Part shown: positions 52,803-55,793 of the stretch, piece by piece
How positions within the stretch are numbered: position 1 is the stretch's first letter
Layout: every line of letters begins with the position of its first letter
Origin: a virus
Direction: 5' to 3' (one strand)
IMG/VR virus record: IMGVR_UViG_3300036827_000017
Location: 1 to 55,793 of that record
DNA length: 55,793 nucleotides
Made by a program: the position numbers and the translations under genes
The notes under the pieces: generated by a model
What the model saw: only the letters and a program-made list of their open reading frames with translations
What the model was told of the DNA's origin: nothing
Database searches by the model: none

Positions 52803-53369
52803 CTACTCTCCCCGCTGCTCGGCAGCACGTCTTAAATTCTCCTTCGTTCGCTCACGTATTCTCATCTCATTATATTCACGACTGCAAAGTTCATTTCTAC
52901 AACAAGTGACTAAAATGTTTAGGCCGGTGATGGGATCAATGTAACTAAAATCCACATAATGAGGCAATCCCTCGAAGTATTTCTTGCAAGTAAAGCACGT
53001 ATATCCAGCATTGCGTTTGTTCTCGCGGTCGTTAAGGATCTTCCCTGCCTTCTCGAACTCGGCTTTCAGGTGCGCGTAAAATTGCTGCGCCGATGGCATG
53101 TCAATGTGTTCCCAATCAACTTTGATGTCGATGCTCGACATTGGAATATTTCTAGGGATTTTGCCAGCAGGATATACCGTCACTTCTCCGGGAAGGCCAC
53201 CATAGGCTTCGGTGTCAATGCCTTTTTCGTTTGCCGCTGACCGTATCGGCTGCTTCGCCATCGCTTCTTGCAGGGCGGGATCGACAGCAGACTTCTTCTC
53301 GCGTTTCTTGGCGAGCATCGCTTTCATGCGCTCGGATGCGGCAGCGCGAGCCTCAGCGGACATTCCCAT
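52803..53369 (-). CDS. hypothetical protein in small-terminase position (188 aa)
   Basis: position only; basic N-terminus; shares a 17-aa peptide with the portal candidate. Confidence 0.55.
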   Translation of the reverse strand: MGMSAEARAAASERMKAMLAKKREKKSAVDPALQEAMAKQPIRSAANEKGIDTEAYGGLPGEVTVYPAGKIPRNIPMSSIDIKVDWEHIDMPSAQQFYAHLKAEFEKAGKILNDRENKRNAGYTCFTCKKYFEGLPHYVDFSYIDPITGLNILVTCCRNELCSREYNEMRIRERTKENLRRAAEQRGE

Positions 53370-53372
53370 AGC

Positions 53373-53630
53373 TTATTTTCTCCTATCGCTCGGCAGCGAG
53401 TATTCCGGTCTACTTGATTCGTAACGGACTTGCGCGGTGCGGGCGGCTTGGTGCTTGAGCCAACTTTGATAGCGGCCAGCCGATTCCTCTTTTTCTTTCG
53501 GAAACACGTTCGACGAACAGCAAGTACGGCATCGAAACGTGAAAAACGTGTCGCCCTCTTTCTCGACGTACACGTCGGAGCGCGGACAGGTTCCTTCGGT
53601 ATGATTCGGGCACGGCGGAAGTTCGGGCAT
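53373..53630 (-). CDS. Cys-rich small protein (85 aa)
   Basis: CPNHTEGTC...CRTCC. Confidence 0.55.
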   Translation of the reverse strand: MPELPPCPNHTEGTCPRSDVYVEKEGDTFFTFRCRTCCSSNVFPKEKEESAGRYQSWLKHQAARTAQVRYESSRPEYSLPSDRRK

Positions 53631-53652
53631 CGCGGGAAGTGTACTTACATTC

Positions 53653-53883
53653 TTGCATCATTGCAAATCAAAGGACACCTATGTTAGCTTGGGCATCACT
53701 ATGAGAGGAACGCAAACCATCGGCATCTGTGCGATTCACTCGCGGCCCTTCCCGTGTTTAAGTTGTAGGGGCGCTAAAGGTGGCCGGGTATCGAGTCCTG
53801 CGAAGTCGCGGGCTAATAAAGCTAAGAGCCGCCACGCCGCGATGATGCGCTGGCATCGCAAAGAGACGAAGGTATTAAAATAA
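53653..53883 (+). CDS. basic Cys-containing small protein (76 aa; ATG 53701 alternative)
   Basis: its last codons and stop (GTA TTA AAA TAA) lie inside a dyad box. Confidence 0.45.
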   Translation: MHHCKSKDTYVSLGITMRGTQTIGICAIHSRPFPCLSCRGAKGGRVSSPAKSRANKAKSRHAAMMRWHRKETKVLK

Positions 53884-53885
53884 TA
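53873..53885 (+). repeat. 13-bp dyad box
   Basis: exact; TATTAAAATAATATG; contains the upstream stop TAA and the A of start 53885. Confidence 0.9.
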
Positions 53886-54289
53886 TGCCCGGTTTTTGTG
53901 AATCTTGTGTTAGCGGACAGCACGCAGCGTGCAACGATCCTCAGTGTAGGTGCTTGTGCAGACCTGCCGTGCAAGAGTTAATGAAGAAACAACCTCCGCT
54001 ATTTCCTACTACTGGGACAGGAACTCTCGTATGTCCAGAATGCACTCATAAGCCCCGCATCGGAGATACTTTCTGTCGCTTCGATGGCAACAAGCTAATT
54101 CCCGGTAAAATATGCTGTTGCGGGAAGGCAGGCGAACCAGACGACGTGTTCTGCGGCGGCTGCGGCCAGAAGTTTGGAGAACCCGTTGTTCCGATACCGG
54201 AACTGAGTGAGGAAGAGATCACGGCACTGGAAGCCAAAGCTCGTCAGCGACCGTCAGACGTGGAAGCGCCTATCAACGAGGTTCACTAG
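53885..54289 (+). CDS. multi-Zn-ribbon protein (134 aa)
   Basis: CESC...CNDPQCRC, CPEC...C, CCCG...CGGCG; start codon is fused to a dyad box. Confidence 0.6.
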   Translation: MPGFCESCVSGQHAACNDPQCRCLCRPAVQELMKKQPPLFPTTGTGTLVCPECTHKPRIGDTFCRFDGNKLIPGKICCCGKAGEPDDVFCGGCGQKFGEPVVPIPELSEEEITALEAKARQRPSDVEAPINEVH

Positions 54290-54589
54290 ATGGCAACCGT
54301 CAGCAAAAACTTGTACGATCGGCTTATCGCTAACAGGCCATTCAAGCTATCTGCCGAGGAAGTGAGTTACGAGGAAGCTAAAAAGCGTTCCAAGTATTCC
54401 TTTCTACAAAAAGACGATCCTCGCTGTGAGACTTGCATTCACTTCTTCACGCGCAAAGTTGATGGACACAATACCTGTGAAATTTTCAGGCCAGAGGATG
54501 ATGAGTCTGTCGAGCCAGAATACGTTTGTGATTTCCATAGCATTGATGGGAAAGAGTTCCCGCTATATTGCTATGACCTAGAGGACTAA
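54290..54589 (+). CDS. hypothetical protein (99 aa)
   Basis: abuts the previous stop. Confidence 0.6.
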   Translation: MATVSKNLYDRLIANRPFKLSAEEVSYEEAKKRSKYSFLQKDDPRCETCIHFFTRKVDGHNTCEIFRPEDDESVEPEYVCDFHSIDGKEFPLYCYDLED

Positions 54590-55248
54590 ACCCAAAGGCA
54601 AGACTTCTGAATAGGATGTTCCGCGAACAGAACGCCGCAGCCGTTGCAGTGTGTCCCAATTTCGACCAGCACCGTTGATTCACTTCCACACTTAGGACAG
54701 GGCGCACCCTGATTCTTCTTCGTATTAAAATAATAATGGTACATGACTCGCGGGATGTAGTGCTCCGTCTTGACCTTGCCGCGCATTCGGTCGGACCATC
54801 GCTTGTCCTCGCCGTGCCCGCCTTCCATCGGTTCGAGTAGCGCGAGTTCGCGGCGCATGGAATTTAGATGCGAAATATCCCGGTAGTAGCCGTTTACATC
54901 CTGATACCAGCCATTGAATTGCAGAGAGTGAAAGGTTTTTTCAGATAGCGGGCGTCCGTCGATATAGCATTGAAGCTGGAATCCGATCTGATCCACACCG
55001 TCTAGTAGCGGCAGAATTGTGGACACGTAATCGTCTGGCACCATGTCATCGTCATCGACGAAGTTGATATATTGCGCCCGCGAGGAACGCCTGAGCATAT
55101 CCCTATTTTCTCCGAGGGTATACTGCGGATCGCAGGTGCGAATCAGGATGTTTACTTGATCGTTTCTCTGAGGCTCAAGCACTTTGAGGAGTTCGTGAAT
55201 AAACTTCTGGCGCGTGGACATCGTGAGAATGAGGATGTCCCACGTCAT
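54586..55248 (-). CDS. GT-A (family-2-like) glycosyltransferase with C-terminal Zn ribbon
   Basis: start at ATG 55248 (ATGA overlap); WDILILTMSTR, NFVDDDDMV DxD; C-term CPKCGSESTVLVEIGTHCNGCG. Confidence 0.7.
   Translation of the reverse strand: MTWDILILTMSTRQKFIHELLKVLEPQRNDQVNILIRTCDPQYTLGENRDMLRRSSRAQYINFVDDDDMVPDDYVSTILPLLDGVDQIGFQLQCYIDGRPLSEKTFHSLQFNGWYQDVNGYYRDISHLNSMRRELALLEPMEGGHGEDKRWSDRMRGKVKTEHYIPRVMYHYYFNTKKNQGAPCPKCGSESTVLVEIGTHCNGCGVLFAEHPIQKSCLWV
54723..54735 (+). repeat. 13-bp dyad box
   Basis: exact; coding strand ATG TAC CAT TAT TAT TTT AAT ACG = MYHYYFNT, between the GT domain and Zn ribbon of 54586..55248. Confidence 0.9.
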
Positions 55249-55793
55249 CGAGAAAATTCCCGGCCACACGCATTACAGAAAAACTTGCCCACACCCACTG
55301 CCACTGTCGATAGGCTCTCGCAATGCGGGCACATCCCCGCGCTTCGTATGTTCGAGTGCGGCGGGCACCAGCCCTTTGTGCTTAAGTTTTTGTCCATGAG
55401 TTTCGCCAGTTTCTCGGCGTCGCGCTGTCGCTCTGCTTGCATCGCTGGACTGTAGTACAGCGTTTCGGGATCGTCCTCGCGGTGCCGCTGGAGTCGGTCT
55501 GCGGTGTTCTCGTCCAGCTCCATCATGCCATGCGAAAAATGCCGATGCTCTATATTGAAATTCAGGAAGCGGCGGCGACCTAGCATGTTCGCTATTTCAC
55601 AAATCCAAGCGTCGCCGAAATCTGACGAGAAATACGGAGGGATAAAATAGCCTAGTGCTTCTACCCACTTTCGGCTTACGAATGCGTGGGGACCGAAGTT
55701 GCTCCCGTGTCCGAATACATCGGAGCCGTGCGCCAGCATGATCTTGTCGGGCACCGCTGCGAAGGCATCCTCGACCATTACATCCCAACCCTT
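55245..55793 (-). CDS. 3' part of the junction-spanning GT-A glycosyltransferase (see 1..397)
   Basis: ORF open to the window end; 55667..55793 duplicates 1..127; C-term CPHCESLSTVAVGVGKFFCNACG. Confidence 0.75.
   Translation of the reverse strand, partial: KGWDVMVEDAFAAVPDKIMLAHGSDVFGHGSNFGPHAFVSRKWVEALGYFIPPYFSSDFGDAWICEIANMLGRRRFLNFNIEHRHFSHGMMELDENTADRLQRHREDDPETLYYSPAMQAERQRDAEKLAKLMDKNLSTKGWCPPHSNIRSAGMCPHCESLSTVAVGVGKFFCNACGREFSR
55667..55793. repeat. terminal direct repeat, copy 2 (identical to 1..127)
   Basis: read directly; most simply an assembly overlap of a circular or circularly permuted genome. Confidence 0.95.

Noticed and set aside
230-54735. CRISPR array, MITE or terminator-hairpin explanation for the 13-bp box
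   Set aside because: Spacing is kilobases rather than 25-40 bp, and there is no flanking conserved sequence beyond about 16 nt. A 5-bp all-A/U stem with a 3-nt loop is too weak for an intrinsic terminator.
230-54735. Fur box or IHF site identity for the box
   Set aside because: Fur 7-1-7 arms are ATAAT/ATTAT in the opposite arrangement with flanking G/C. The IHF consensus WATCAANNNNTTR needs a C. Neither fits TATTA-W3-TAATA.
1-55793. Temperate lifestyle / prophage ends
   Set aside because: Regulators (RHH, HTH, MerR/Xis-like, LuxR) exist. However, I found no integrase, transposase, partition ATPase or att-like flanks, and the contig closes on itself. Lifestyle is left open.

Overview
The window is one complete, circularly closing genome of a tailed dsDNA phage. 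The first 127 bases are repeated exactly at the end, giving a 55,666 bp unit, and one glycosyltransferase gene runs across that junction. I call about 97 tightly packed CDS, mostly on the minus strand, with more than 20 junctions showing 4-nt ATGA/GTGA start-stop overlaps. I saw no rRNA, tRNA, CRISPR array, integrase, DNA polymerase or RNA polymerase. Modules: (1) 54586 -> junction -> 5617 (-): an operon headed by an RHH regulator, with five glycosyltransferases (three GT2-like, one GT4-like, one GT75/RGP-like) and a B12-radical-SAM enzyme. (2) 5620-6450: a divergent control region with three separate repeat families. (3) 6454-8529 (+): early genes including a clamp-loader-like AAA+. (4) 8501-19423 (-): replication and recombination genes (initiator with internal iterons, ERF, RusA, PAPS-reductase-like, many Zn-ribbon proteins, endonucleases). 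(5) 19539-24594 (+): HTH, lipoprotein, GT-sulfotransferase fusion, APS kinase, TylF-like methyltransferase, HNH, papain-like peptidase, GH24 lysozyme. (6) 24591-53630 (-): membrane/lysis proteins, a LuxR regulator plus five signal-peptide-bearing fibre-like proteins, internal/tail proteins, capsid, scaffold, portal, large terminase. (7) 53653-54589 (+): small Zn proteins. The most unusual signal is a 13-bp AT-only dyad box, TATTA-W3-TAATA. It occurs 17 times exactly in an otherwise GC-rich genome, mostly at or just inside gene starts, and is written into coding sequence in two reading frames. All functional names come from motif recognition by eye, not from database searches.
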